64,000 bases of DNA. Source: Gracilinanus agilis (Eukaryota). Shown here one piece after another: positions 52,901-63,654 of the stretch. The stretch is taken from positions 194,163,422 to 194,227,421 of the forward strand of contig NC_058133.1 in NCBI RefSeq assembly GCF_016433145.1, read 5' to 3'. Below the pieces are notes generated by a model. That model searched no databases. It was given only the letters and a program-made list of their open reading frames with translations, and was not told the origin of the DNA. Numbering within the stretch: the first letter of the stretch is position 1; every line of letters begins with the position of its first letter. The position numbers were made by a program, and so were the translations under genes.

Positions 52901-55900
52901 GGAATACTCTAGGTCTGATTCCCTCTTTCCCAAAGTCTTCTGATCTGAGCCTCATCCCCTGGTTCCCAGGAGGAATTGGTAGAAAGGAACACTATTCTGG
53001 TAAAGAGTTAGGAAGGCAAGGAAAATCCAAAAGGATTTTCTCCAAGAACCCGATGGGGAGTCTACACCCCAGATTTTCAATTTCTCTTTCGCTGGGGGCC
53101 ACTAGCACAGAATATTCTCTCTTGGGAGGTTATGGAGAAGATCTCTCTCTCCTCTGTCTCTCCCTCTACTTCCCCATAACCAGAGGCCAGAGCTCTCTTC
53201 TTCTCAAAGGCTGCTATAGTCTGCCCAGCATCTTAATTAGCTTTTCCCAGCTAACTAGACACTGGCTCCAGCTCTGGGGAGTTGGGGCGGCTCCTCTGCT
53301 CCTTCCTCCTCATCTCCCCAGCCTGAATGTGTTATGTGTTTCATTAGCATCCCCCAGCCCCACCTCCATACCCCAGCAAATGGCTGTGGCCTGGTCCATG
53401 CCTTGGGGAAGAAGGGGGACCCTCTCAGACTGTACCACCTGGCAAAGAAGATGAAGGGTGGGGAATGGAGGAGAAGGTTACTAGGAAGGGAGGGAATTTG
53501 TGGTTACAAATCTTGGTCAGGTCTGGGGGATAGGTGAGGAGACCCCTTCTGACTTTGCCCTTATTGCCCCCCCACTAGCAAGGCAAATACAGCAAAAGGA
53601 AGGGACGCTTTAAACGCTCTGATGGCAGCACCTCCTCTGATACCACATCTAACAGCTTTGTCCGACAGGTAAGTGGGAGAGGTCAGGGATGGGAGCGGTC
53701 TGGGAGTCCTGGGAGGAGAATTTGGGATTGGAAGCAAGAATTAAGGTTGTTTCCCAGGCCTTCATCTCTAGAGTGGCCATTGGTTGCTAGTCTGGGAGCC
53801 TCTCTCCACCCCTACACTTTTTCTGTCTTTACTTAAGGTATGCTATGACTAAGCCCAGACTCTTAAGTCATCATATTCATGGCATTGGTTTATAATCCCC
53901 ATCCTGTAATCACTTCTCCTGACATCTACCCCAAGACACTTGGGTCACCTAGATTCAGAGATACTTCAGAGAGAATATAGGCTTTTACCTCTACCCATTG
54001 TCCTCCTGCTCCCACCTCACTAGTAGCCTCTTCAGGCTGAGGGTAGGAATAGAGGGAGAGATCATTAGGGCTCCCTAGGTCCAAGAGGGATAGTTGGCTC
54101 TATCCCTAGAACACCGAGGCCCCCTAGAAAATTCTGATCTAAAAATAGCTAGAGAAAATCTATCCACACCGATTCTTTGAGGAGATATAGATTGGGGGTG
54201 GGAGGCAGTGTTCAGAAGGAAGAGAGAGTGAAATCAGAGGCAGAGGGTTTTAAACCAGAAATACTGACTACAGTGTGATGAGCAATATTGGGAAAGCTAG
54301 TTTATGGGTCTCCTTTTCACTCTGCTCCCCTTCCTCACACCCCACTTCGTTCCACCCCCAAACCCAACCAACCAAACCCAGGCCTCAGTGAGAAGCAGTA
54401 AGAAAGGCGATGCAGTTGTCATGGCAACCATGCATCTTGACAAGGACCTGGTACCCAGAATAGATGGTGCTCCAATGGCAGAGTTCCTGGTGCTGGGGGT
54501 GGGGGGTGGGGCGGGGCACTGCTGGAGAAGAGAGACGGGGGTGAGTGGCTGGAAGGAACAGATCAGAAGGGACAGGATATACTTCCAGAGGTCACTCTTC
54601 TGAGTCCAGGAAAGGATTGAGGCTACTGAGGTTCAACCTAGTTCAAGGCAAAGTCTTCTAGTCTGTTTCCTGCCGTTTTGACTAGTTGCCCTATCATGGA
54701 CCCAGAACCAACCAGAGAAAATAGTTTGGGAGTTAAACCTTCATTCCAGGGTCTCCTATCCCCTCAACAGGGGGACGTCCTTTGGTTGATCTATGTCTCT
54801 ACTTGGAAGCTAAGCCAGTGCTGGAATATAAGATAAAGCCATGCCCAAGGCTGTACCTTTCTTTGGTAGAAAAATAACTCTCTGGTCTTACAGAGTTTGC
54901 TAAGCCAGGGGAGTCAGGATTATCTCTCCACACACACCATATCCCAAGTTCTCCAGCTCCTCCCCATTCCCTGCCTGACCCTACTCATAGTAGGAGAGGG
55001 TGCCCAGTTCCTGTTGTGTCTCTGGGCTAAATATACCCCAGCAGTTTGCAAATGTAGCAACTCTGCCTGAAACCTGAGCCCCCTGGGGGGAGCAGGCAGC
55101 TAGGGCAGCCCCTGCCCACCCCTTGGGGATGGGCAGAGAGGGCGCCAGCATGGAGACACCCGGCCGGACCAGACAGGCTGTGTTGGTGAGCAATGGGGTA
55201 TGGGTGCATGCAGCCCCTCAGAGGGGCTTAGAAGGAGATGAGGGGTTGGTGTGGAGAACCTGTCTCCTTTGAGCCCTCTCCTTTCCTTATGGCCTTCCCA
55301 TTTTCTCCCAACTGTCTCTTTCTCCCTGCTTTTCTTCCATTCTTTCTCTGAGTAGGCCCAGTCTGGAGGAGAGATGTTCAGGAATGGTGAGGGTGAATGT
55401 GGATATTTGGAATTACTCTCCTGTCTTCTTGTCTGGCATTTCCCTTCCTCAGTCTTCTATACTTAAGTTTTCCCCTGCACCCAGTTCCCTCCATTTTTGT
55501 TGTCTGTGTGAGAGGGGTTGATTGATTGAATAGTTAGTTTATTGACTGGGTGTGAGGAAGGGGCTCTTTTTGTTCCTTTTACTCTATTCTCCTTTTTTTG
55601 GTGGGGGTTCATCTCTTAAATCCTTCCTCTGGGGCAAGACTGAGGGACTTATAAGAAAGAAAACTAGCCACATTAGGAGGAAGAACTGTGGGAGGAGAAA
55701 CACAGAAGAAAAACAACTGCTTGAACACATGGGCTGATGGGGATATTATTGGAGATGTAGACACTAAACAATAACTCTAGTCCAACTATCAATAATATGG
55801 AATTAGGTCTTGATCAATGATGTAAAACCCAGTGGAATTGTGTGTCAGCTAAGCAGGGTTAGAAGGGTTTGGGGGAGAAGGAAAGAACATGAAATATTTA

Positions 55901-58900
55901 ACTAGGAGAAAATATTCAAAATAAAAAAATTTTTTTAAGAAATCCTTCCTCTGGGGATTGAGAGCCAGACCTAGAGACTGGAGGTCTTGGATTAAAATCT
56001 GACCTCAGATCTTTCCTAGCTGTGTGACCCTGGACAAGTCACTTAACCCCTATTGCCTAGCCTTTACCACTCTTCTGCCTAACCAATATGCAGTACTGAT
56101 TCTAAGACAAAAGTTAAGGTTTAAAAAAAAATATCCCTTCACTGCCTGGACCCATTCTCCTTTTGGACCAGCTTAGCTATTTCCTCCTGGTCCCTTCATT
56201 CCCACTATCTCCCCCGCAACTTCCCAGACCTATTCCTCCCTAGAAAGAGCCAAAGAGCCACCATAGGGAGGTAGAACCTCTTTTTGCTTTCTGAGGAAAG
56301 GTTTCTTCCAGCTCTGACCACCCTCACAATGACATACTCCACCCCTGTTCAAACACCCCCTCACAGACGGCACAAAACCAGCCCTCGCTGCTCCCCTCAC
56401 TTGTACACCCACAAGCAGTAACATAATCAGGCACACACTGTCACAGGCACATGCAGGCTGCAAGCATCCGCAAAACTCTCTCTCTGTCTGTCTCTCTGCC
56501 TCTGTTTCTCTCTCCATTCAGCCCCCCTTTCTCTAACTCAATCTCTCTTACTTTCTTTGATAATATACATAGTTGTGCTCACACATGCACACATAGAAAC
56601 ATTGATTTAATCACATATATGCAAAGTCAAATAATCATGGGTACCTGCAGAAAAACATGCTTATTTTTGCTGAATATCCTCGTCATTACCAACAGTCAAT
56701 TGGGCACAGCTTCCAAGGCAGGTACACCTTAGCTTGAACATCCCTGTCATCTCTGTATCCTTGGGAGTGTTCAATGCTTATTCCATCTTGGGCTCCAGGG
56801 CAGAAGGCAAGGAATACTTCCATAGGTGGGAGGCTGCCACTAACATGTGCTCCAGGCTTGCTTCTTCAGTGGGCACTCTCTGGGAAGCCTTGTGTCCTTG
56901 TGGTGCTAAATAAGGAAGGGAAGGGAGTTATGACCGAAGACCCAGGCTGTGCGATGATTGTCTTTAGGAAAGGAACTCAGGTCTATGGGATGGTACCTGA
57001 TAGTGCCAACCAGAAAAATTACTTCAGTGGGCATGAAGGCCTGATTATGGTGGTAGCAGTGGAGGGTTGGAGAGGGGCAGGGAAGAGTTCTGATTCTGTC
57101 CCTTGAATAAACAGGAAACAGTATAACTGCTTTTTGGTATCTGTTGCAACCAGATTCCCCTTTCCAGGTTGGAGCACCCACTTCCAGCAGTTCAGTGATC
57201 CCAATTCCAGGTCTGGGCAAACTGCAGTTGGCTAGCAGGGATGCCATGGGAGGCATGAATTAGACTCAACTGAATAAGGGGATGTAGAGAAGTGGGGAGG
57301 GCTAAGAGGCTGCAGTGACACTCATGTTGGCGTTGCTCCCCTGAGCTTATGTCCCTATCAAGTTCCCTTCCCCTCCCTTGGCCCCCAGAACAGCTGTTCC
57401 TCACCTTAATCTTGTTCAGGCGAGTGCCACCCCTTTCCTTCAATGACCCTGACCCCCTCCAACCCTTTCTTCCCATCCTCTACCCCAGCCCGTGTTCCTT
57501 CTCCCCAGTGTTTACACAATTGCTTCCCTAGAAACTGCCTTGTGGCCTCATGTCACCCCAGCTTCTGGCCTCCTTTTGTGGAGTCAACTCTAAAACTGAC
57601 CACTCTTCCCTAGTATCTTCTTAATCCTGTCCAATGTTTCTTCTGCCTCTGTCTTTCTCCTCTTAGGTATTCGACCCAAACCCTGGCCACTCTTTCCCAG
57701 TATCTCCCTAGTCCTGTCCAAGGTTTTTTTTAGCTCCTTTCTTCTTGGCCTCCCTGACTCTTTCACTCTCATCCCAGAGTTCTGTTAGTCTTCATAAGTC
57801 TGTTCCCTGCCCTATCCCCGATTCTTTCCATATGCACCCAGATCCTGGTTGTCTCCTAGTGCCATCCCAACCTCTATTGTGTTACATGGAATTAACTTGT
57901 TCTTGAAAATCTCCAGTTTGGGTTGTCCTTGGTCCCCTTAATCAATTTTACTGCAATTCTGATACTGGAATGGAGGTGGGGCTCATGGTATAGGGGGAGG
58001 AGGAAAGACTGCATAGATGTCCTTCCTCTCTCCACTTCCAGGGCTCCGCGGAGTCCTATACCAGTCGGCCCTCGGACTCAGATGTATCTCTGGAGGAGGA
58101 CAGGGAAGCCCTAAGGAAGGAGGCAGAGCGCCAGGCATTGGCACAGCTTGAGAAAGCTAAGGTAGGTTCATGCATGCATAGGAGATATGTTGGCTTTGTT
58201 GTTACACTTCCATTCCCACCTTCTCCTTGGATCAACCCTCAATTTCAATCCAGATCTCCTCTACTTGCAGCCGTCTCTCTAAAGAGCAATTAATATACTG
58301 GTGGGCTCTGGACAGGGAAAGAGGGGGTTTTTGCTTATTATATTTCTCCTACTCTTGCCCAGACCAAGCCAGTGGCATTTGCAGTGCGGACAAATGTGGG
58401 CTACAATCCATCACGAGGGGATGAGGCACCTGTCCAGGGCATGGCCATCACCTTTGAACCCAAGGATTTTCTGCACATCAAGGAGGTAAGGGATAGGGAA
58501 AGTGGGGCACACATGGGGAAGGGGTGAGACAAAATAACCCCAGGGCTGGGCAGTCACAGGTGGAGGCTCTCCAGAGGGAAAAACATTGGGATATGAAGGG
58601 GCATTGGTGCATAAAGAGAGGCAGAAGCTCTAGGCAGCATCCATAGGTGTTCAGACTTCAGTCAAGTAGGCTTTAGAGAAGAGATTGGCTCTTGGTGGGT
58701 GTTCAAAATGGAAACGAACTGGAAGATACATTTTGAGGGGCAACTCTATTGGACTGGGGTGGGCAAAGCTAATGAAGCTAAAGGTATTGGTAAAGGTACT
58801 TCTGGGAGGCAAAGGGATTTCTTGTAAGACAGAGGGGAGGAGTAGTAGCAGGGACTGTCTAATGGAGGGAAGCTCCACATCTTGGAGCAGGGCTGTTGTG

Positions 58901-61900
58901 CCCTCCCATGTGGGTCAATCTCTGCTCCCAATACCCGACTCAGTCTCTCCTTCCTGTCTCTCCTCACATGGGCAGAAATACAATAATGACTGGTGGATAG
59001 GCCGGCTGGTAAAGGAAGGCTGCGAGGTAGGCTTTATCCCCAGCCCTGTCAAACTGGACAGCCTACGGATGGTTCAGGAACAGAAGATGCGTCAGAATCG
59101 TCTCAGTTCCAGGTACCTATCCAGGGTAGGGAGGGTAGGTGCGTACGGCTGTGGTCATGCCCCTTAGAGAGGCCCAAATGTAATATCTTGATGATGCCTA
59201 TTCTGATCTTGGACTTTAGCCCAGTACTCTGGGCATTGGGTTTGAGGGACAGAATATCTGGCACTAATCACTATCCATTGGTTCACTAACCAGATAGATC
59301 CAAAATTTGGAATAGGATATGGAGTGGCCCATGATGGTACTGGGACTGGGAGAGAACAGTATGGTGTCATGGGGCTAAAGAGCTAGGCCTGGCTAGACAG
59401 AGGCCCCCTCTAATATTTGGTAGCTCAGTCACTTCACCTCTGGTTCCAAAGTCTCAGCTTCCTCATCTATAAACTAGTATTGTTTACCTAAGAGGGCTGT
59501 TTAAAGAGTCAAAGAGACAATGTATAGAAATCAGTTTGTAACCTTTAAAGTCAGCTATTGGGGGGCAACAGGACTTACTAGCCAGAGGGCTGGTTTGGGC
59601 ATGAAAAATCTCTGATACACACTAGTCATGTGACTGTGCACAAATCACTTAACCTCTGGGTTCAAGGCAGCTCTCCAAGTCTATAAGCTACAGATGAATT
59701 TCTGATCTATATCAATAAAGGTCATTTTCCTTTCTTTTCCTTTCCTTTTTTTTCTTTTCTTTTCTCTTCTTTTTTTTCTTTCCTTTCCTTTCCTTTTCTT
59801 TCTCTCTTTCTCTTCTCTTCTTTCATAAACCCTTACCTTCCATCACTTAGGTATTGGTTCCAAGGCAGAAGAGCAGTAAGGGCTAGGCAATGGGGGTTAA
59901 GTGACTCACACAATTAGGAAGTATTTTGAGACCATATTGGAACCCAAGAGCTCCTGACTGTAGGCCTGGCCCTTAATCCACTGAGCCACTTCAATGCCCT
60001 TGGAGGTAGTTTTCAAACTGAGTTCCCTACACCAATGATTTTCAAATTTTTTGGTCTGAAGACCCCATTTAACTCTCTTTTTCCTTTCTTTTTTTCCTTA
60101 CCTTCTGTCTTTGAATCCGTGCTAAGTATTGGTTCTAACGAAGAAGAGCAGTAAGTGTTAGGCAATTGGGTTTAAGTGATTTGCCCAGGGTCACATGGCT
60201 AGGAAGTATCTTGAGGCTAGATTGGAAACCAGATCTTCTGGACTCAGGGCCTGGCTCTTTGTCCACTAGGCCCCTACACTTCCCTCTTTTACATGCTTAA
60301 AAATTATTGAGGATTCCAAAGAGCTTCTGCTCATGTGGATTTTCTTTACTAATATATACCATACTAGAAATTAAAAGTGACACATTAAAAATATGTATTT
60401 ATTAATTCATTGAAAATAAGAAACCTATTACATATGAAAACAAATAACATTTTAATATTATTGAATATGAAATTATCTAATATGAAAATTAATTATCTTC
60501 TCCAAAACAAAAAAAATTGGCGAGAATGACAATTTTACATATTTTTACATATTCTTTCATTACTAATTTACTAGGAGACAGCTAGACTAGACTCTCATTG
60601 TTTTGGTTGAAGTCTAGGAAGAAAATCCAGACTCACAAAGATAGGTAGTTAGAAAAGGGAGGAGTATGTTAATAGGTATATAACATCTTAGTATTATTAG
60701 ACTTTTTTTTTTAACCCTTACCTTCTGTCTTGGTATTGTGTATTGGTTCCAAGGCAGAGGAGGGTAAGGTCTAGGCAATGGGGGTTAAGTGACTTGCCCA
60801 GGGTCACAGAGCTAGGAAGTTTCTGAGGGCAGATTTGAACCTGGGCCTTCCCAGCTCTAGGCCTGGCTTTTAACTTGCTGAGCCCTCCAACTGCCCCCAT
60901 ATTATTATACTTTTGACCAAAATAGTTTCAACCTGGCAAACCCTGTGAAAGGGTCTCAGAGACCCTCCCGGAATTCAGAAACCACACTAATGATATCAGT
61001 GAAATCACAATTCCAGACTACTCCAAAGTCTGCTATGCTCCTCATTCTTGTCATAATTATAATTATTATTCCCATTCTTTTTATCCTAGAATCTCATCTA
61101 TTATCATTATTATGTTGTCTAATCTTTTGGATGGGTTCAGATAGAAACAATCCTAGGACAGGTTGATAGCCTGATATTTCTTTCTTTTCATTGTCTTAGT
61201 ATTGTAATTTAAAAGAAGAATCATGGTATAAGTACATGGAGAGCTGGCCTTAAAATCAGGAAGACCCCTCCACTGGCACATGCTGTTTGTGTGGCCTTGG
61301 GTTCAAATCCTTTAGCCCCTCAGTGTTTTGGACAACTCTGTAAGACTGATTTGCTGCAAAGCTGCCAATCTGCATCTTTAGAGTCTCCTATATGATTGAC
61401 ACCACAAGTTCGTTCCCTATCCCTGTATTATTTTATTATGAACAGATGGTTCCTTGGATTCTTTGCTTATGACTTAGTTCCCTTCCTCTTTCTTCCTTTT
61501 CAGCAAATCAGGTGACAACTCGAGTTCCAGTCTGGGAGATGTCGTGACTGGCACCCGAAGACCCACGCCGCCAGCCAGCGGTAAGAGCGAGCGCCTTCCC
61601 TTTTCTCAGGGGACCAGGGAGTGAAAGGGAGGGGGCTTTCCTGGAGAGATGACTCTTAGTCTGGAGCTCTATAATCCTAGTTCCCTTTCCTCATCTCCAT
61701 TTGGACCTCTGGCATCTAGACAATGGAAAGGCCAACCAATCCCTCTCTACTCTTTGGCCCTGCCCCCAACATCCACCTCATCCCCATCAGGTTCTCCCCT
61801 TTCCATTAAAGGGTAAGAGATTCGTGCAGGCTGGGCACATTAGCACCACCCCCACGCCTGCCACCCACCTTCCCCCTTCATGTCTCTCCTCCCATTTCTT

Positions 61901-63522
61901 TGGTGGCTCCATTTCTCTCACCCTCACCCAACCCCATGTTCATTCTCCTTAGCACCTTTCATTCACCTCTTCTTCTTTCTCTTTTTTCCCCTGTTTCCCC
62001 ATCCCTTTTTCTATTCTGTTCTACCCATGACCTTTTGTGTCTATCTCTGTGTGTGTATGTGTGTGTGTTGGTGTTTCTTTCTCCTGCATTCTCCTTCTGT
62101 CTATCTGTCTGTCTCCCTCTCTCACTTTCTCCTTCTCTGACCCAGGTAATGATATGACTAATTTAGCTTTTGAGTTAGATCCCCTAGAATTAGAGGAGGA
62201 AGAAGCAGAGCTCTGCGACCACACTGGCTCCCCCAAGCCTAGTGTTAGCAGTATCACCACCCCGTCTCCCCATGGCAAGCGAATCCCCTTCTTTAAGAAG
62301 GTAATCCTCCTGTTCATACGTCTGTGTTCACTCCTGTGTCCTTTGGTGGAGAGTGACAGAGATGGGGAGGGCACAGGAAATATAGGTCTGGGGGGCGAGG
62401 AAGAGACACATTTGACTCCTGTGGGCCCCTGCCCAGACACTGCTAACCTGATCCTTTGAAAGTTTGAGGTAAGGAGAAAGGGGTATGTGAGAGGGGTGCC
62501 TCTAAAGGGGGGTTTAACAAGTTCAAATCCTCATCGACACCCACCGTCTCCAAGGAGTCATTCCAACAATGACATGGCCCTCTATTTCTGTTCATGGAAT
62601 TCTCCGAAACACCCTTCTACCTTTCAGAGGATGGGACCATGATGGTGCCTGACTTTATCCCTTTGTGTGGCAATGAGACCTTCCAATCTCATTTCTAACC
62701 CCCTATAGAAAAGATAAAATATTCCCCCTTTTCCCAGGGACCCGTTTCAGAGAACATGGGTTGACTTTGCCTGGTCACTAACCAGTAGGAGGCCAAAAGG
62801 ATAGGGACATTTCCTTCCTCATCATCTTCATCTCATAGCCTCAGGTTGGGGAAAAAGGAGTGGAGCTGGTGGTAGGGGACGGTGAATCCTTCCACTATTC
62901 ACTGGGTCTCCATCGGGGGCCAGTGGCAGGCAGGGCCCCCAAGAGACAAACCTTGCCTTCATGTGGGGCCCCTGCCCCTTTCCCTCAGCTGCTTGTCACT
63001 AACACGCATGCCTTGTTATTTCTTCTCATCCCCCTGCTCTCTACAACCCTCCTGTTTCCCTTGGTTCCTTGTCCTTTGCCCCTTGTGCCTGGGTACCCCC
63101 CTCCTTTCCCCCTCCCTACCCCCACCCAATGCTGGCAATCACTGGATCCAGCCAAACAGAAGCAGAAATCGGTAAGTAAGACAGCTTTGTGGGTCTCCTC
63201 CCGCCCCCACTGGGACACAGCAAGGAGGGTGTGGGGCTCCTGATAGCCACCTTCCCAGTTCTTCCTGCTTTGTCCCAGCCCCTACCAGTGGATGGGTCCT
63301 CCTCCCTTTGCTGTATATGGACCTTGGGACCAAGGGATGGGAGTGGGAATGGGAAGGATCACCAAGGGCTTCCCCTGCCCCCTGAATGGTGGAGAAGGGG
63401 CTAATGCTGTCCCCTACCATAGGGCCTTTCCTTTTCCTTAGGCGGAACATGTCCCCCCTTACGATGTGGTACCTTCCATGAGGCCCATTATCCTGGTGGG
63501 ACCATCACTCAAGGGTTACGAG
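49513..63522 (+). CDS. CACNB1: CACNB1, voltage-gated Ca channel beta-1 subunit (spliced, exons 1-8, 3' partial)
   Basis: join(49513-49596,53579-53668,58042-58161,58363-58485,58976-59112,61504-61580,[62146-62300 or 63152-63171],63442-63522,...). [10 protein letters not shown]-terminus, split SH3 ([27 protein letters not shown]), HOOK, start of GK domain ([22 protein letters not shown]). Confidence 0.97.
49943..49985. repeat. (TG)n microsatellite, CACNB1 intron 1
   Basis: direct. Confidence 0.9.
51980..52393 (-). mobile_element. Two tandem SINE1-like SINEs
   Basis: second copy 52179-52393 has 12-bp TSD ctcatactagta (52167-52178, 52394-52405). Confidence 0.88.
53579..53668 (+). CDS. CACNB1: CACNB1 exon 2 ([30 protein letters not shown])
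   Basis: the only in-frame AG acceptor is TAG 53576-53578; CAG|gtaagt donor. Confidence 0.88.
54139..54148. promoter_or_regulatory. MEF2 consensus site CTAAAAATAG in CACNB1 intron 2
   Basis: exact YTAWWWWTAR match about 1 kb upstream of the candidate first exon. Confidence 0.55.
55150..55185 (+). CDS. CACNB1: CACNB1 candidate alternative first exon ('2B'-like; [12 protein letters not shown])
   Basis: Kozak-like gccagcATGG, 12 codons, TTG|gtgagc donor in phase 0, matching exon 3; resembles a short eutherian CACNB1 N-terminus I recall as MEVPSRTLVV. Confidence 0.72.
55690..56130 (+). mobile_element. L1 3' fragment followed by a SINE1-like SINE
   Basis: tgtaaaacccagtggaattg..A-rich tail; SINE about 55950-56130. 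Confidence 0.7.
58042..58161 (+). CDS. CACNB1: CACNB1 exon 3 ([40 protein letters not shown])
   Basis: cttccag| acceptor, AAG|gtaggt donor. Confidence 0.97.
58363..58485 (+). CDS. CACNB1: CACNB1 exon 4 ([41 protein letters not shown])
   Basis: tgcccag| acceptor, GAG|gtaagg donor. Confidence 0.97.
58976..59112 (+). CDS. CACNB1: CACNB1 exon 5 ([45 protein letters not shown])
   Basis: gggcag| acceptor, AG|gtacct donor; SH3 core. Confidence 0.97.
59725..59825. repeat. (TTTC/TTTTC)n low-complexity tract (SINE tail-derived)
   Basis: direct; joins a minus-strand SINE to about 60000. Confidence 0.85.
60033..61001 (+). mobile_element. Charlie1/MER33-like hAT transposon, interrupted by two SINEs (about 60077-60285 and 60703-60898)
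   Basis: ttcaaattttttggtc..aaaaattattgagga..caaagagctt at the start; tgaaagggtctc..accacact at the end. Confidence 0.72.
61504..61580 (+). CDS. CACNB1: CACNB1 exon 6 ([26 protein letters not shown])
   Basis: cttttcag| acceptor, G|gtaaga donor. Confidence 0.96.
62146..62300 (+). CDS. CACNB1: CACNB1 exon 7A, skeletal-muscle beta1a HOOK exon ([23 protein letters not shown]...GKRIPFFKK)
   Basis: 155 nt, phase 1 to 0, gacccag| and AAG|gtaatc. Confidence 0.95.
63152..63171 (+). CDS. CACNB1: CACNB1 exon 7B, 20-nt microexon (AKQKQKS; beta1b/c)
   Basis: gatccag|CCAAACAGAAGCAGAAATCG|gtaagt; same phases as 7A. Confidence 0.95.
63442..63522 (+). CDS. CACNB1: CACNB1 exon 8 ([27 protein letters not shown])
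   Basis: tccttag| acceptor, GAG|gtgagt donor. Confidence 0.96.
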
Positions 63523-63654
63523 GTGAGTGTCCCCTCTGTCCTGACTTCAGATCAGAACACTAGACTTCCCTATGAGATTCCACAGAAGGGACCTCAGGAA
63601 AGATTACAGAGGATCCCCTTACCACCCAACACCACTTTGATGCAGCGAGTTCCA

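Noticed and set aside
56637-56723. [12 protein letters not shown]... as a lipidated CACNB1 first exon
   Set aside because: In-frame joining needs a non-canonical GC donor (AAG|gcaggt); the GT donor is phase 1; no promoter evidence
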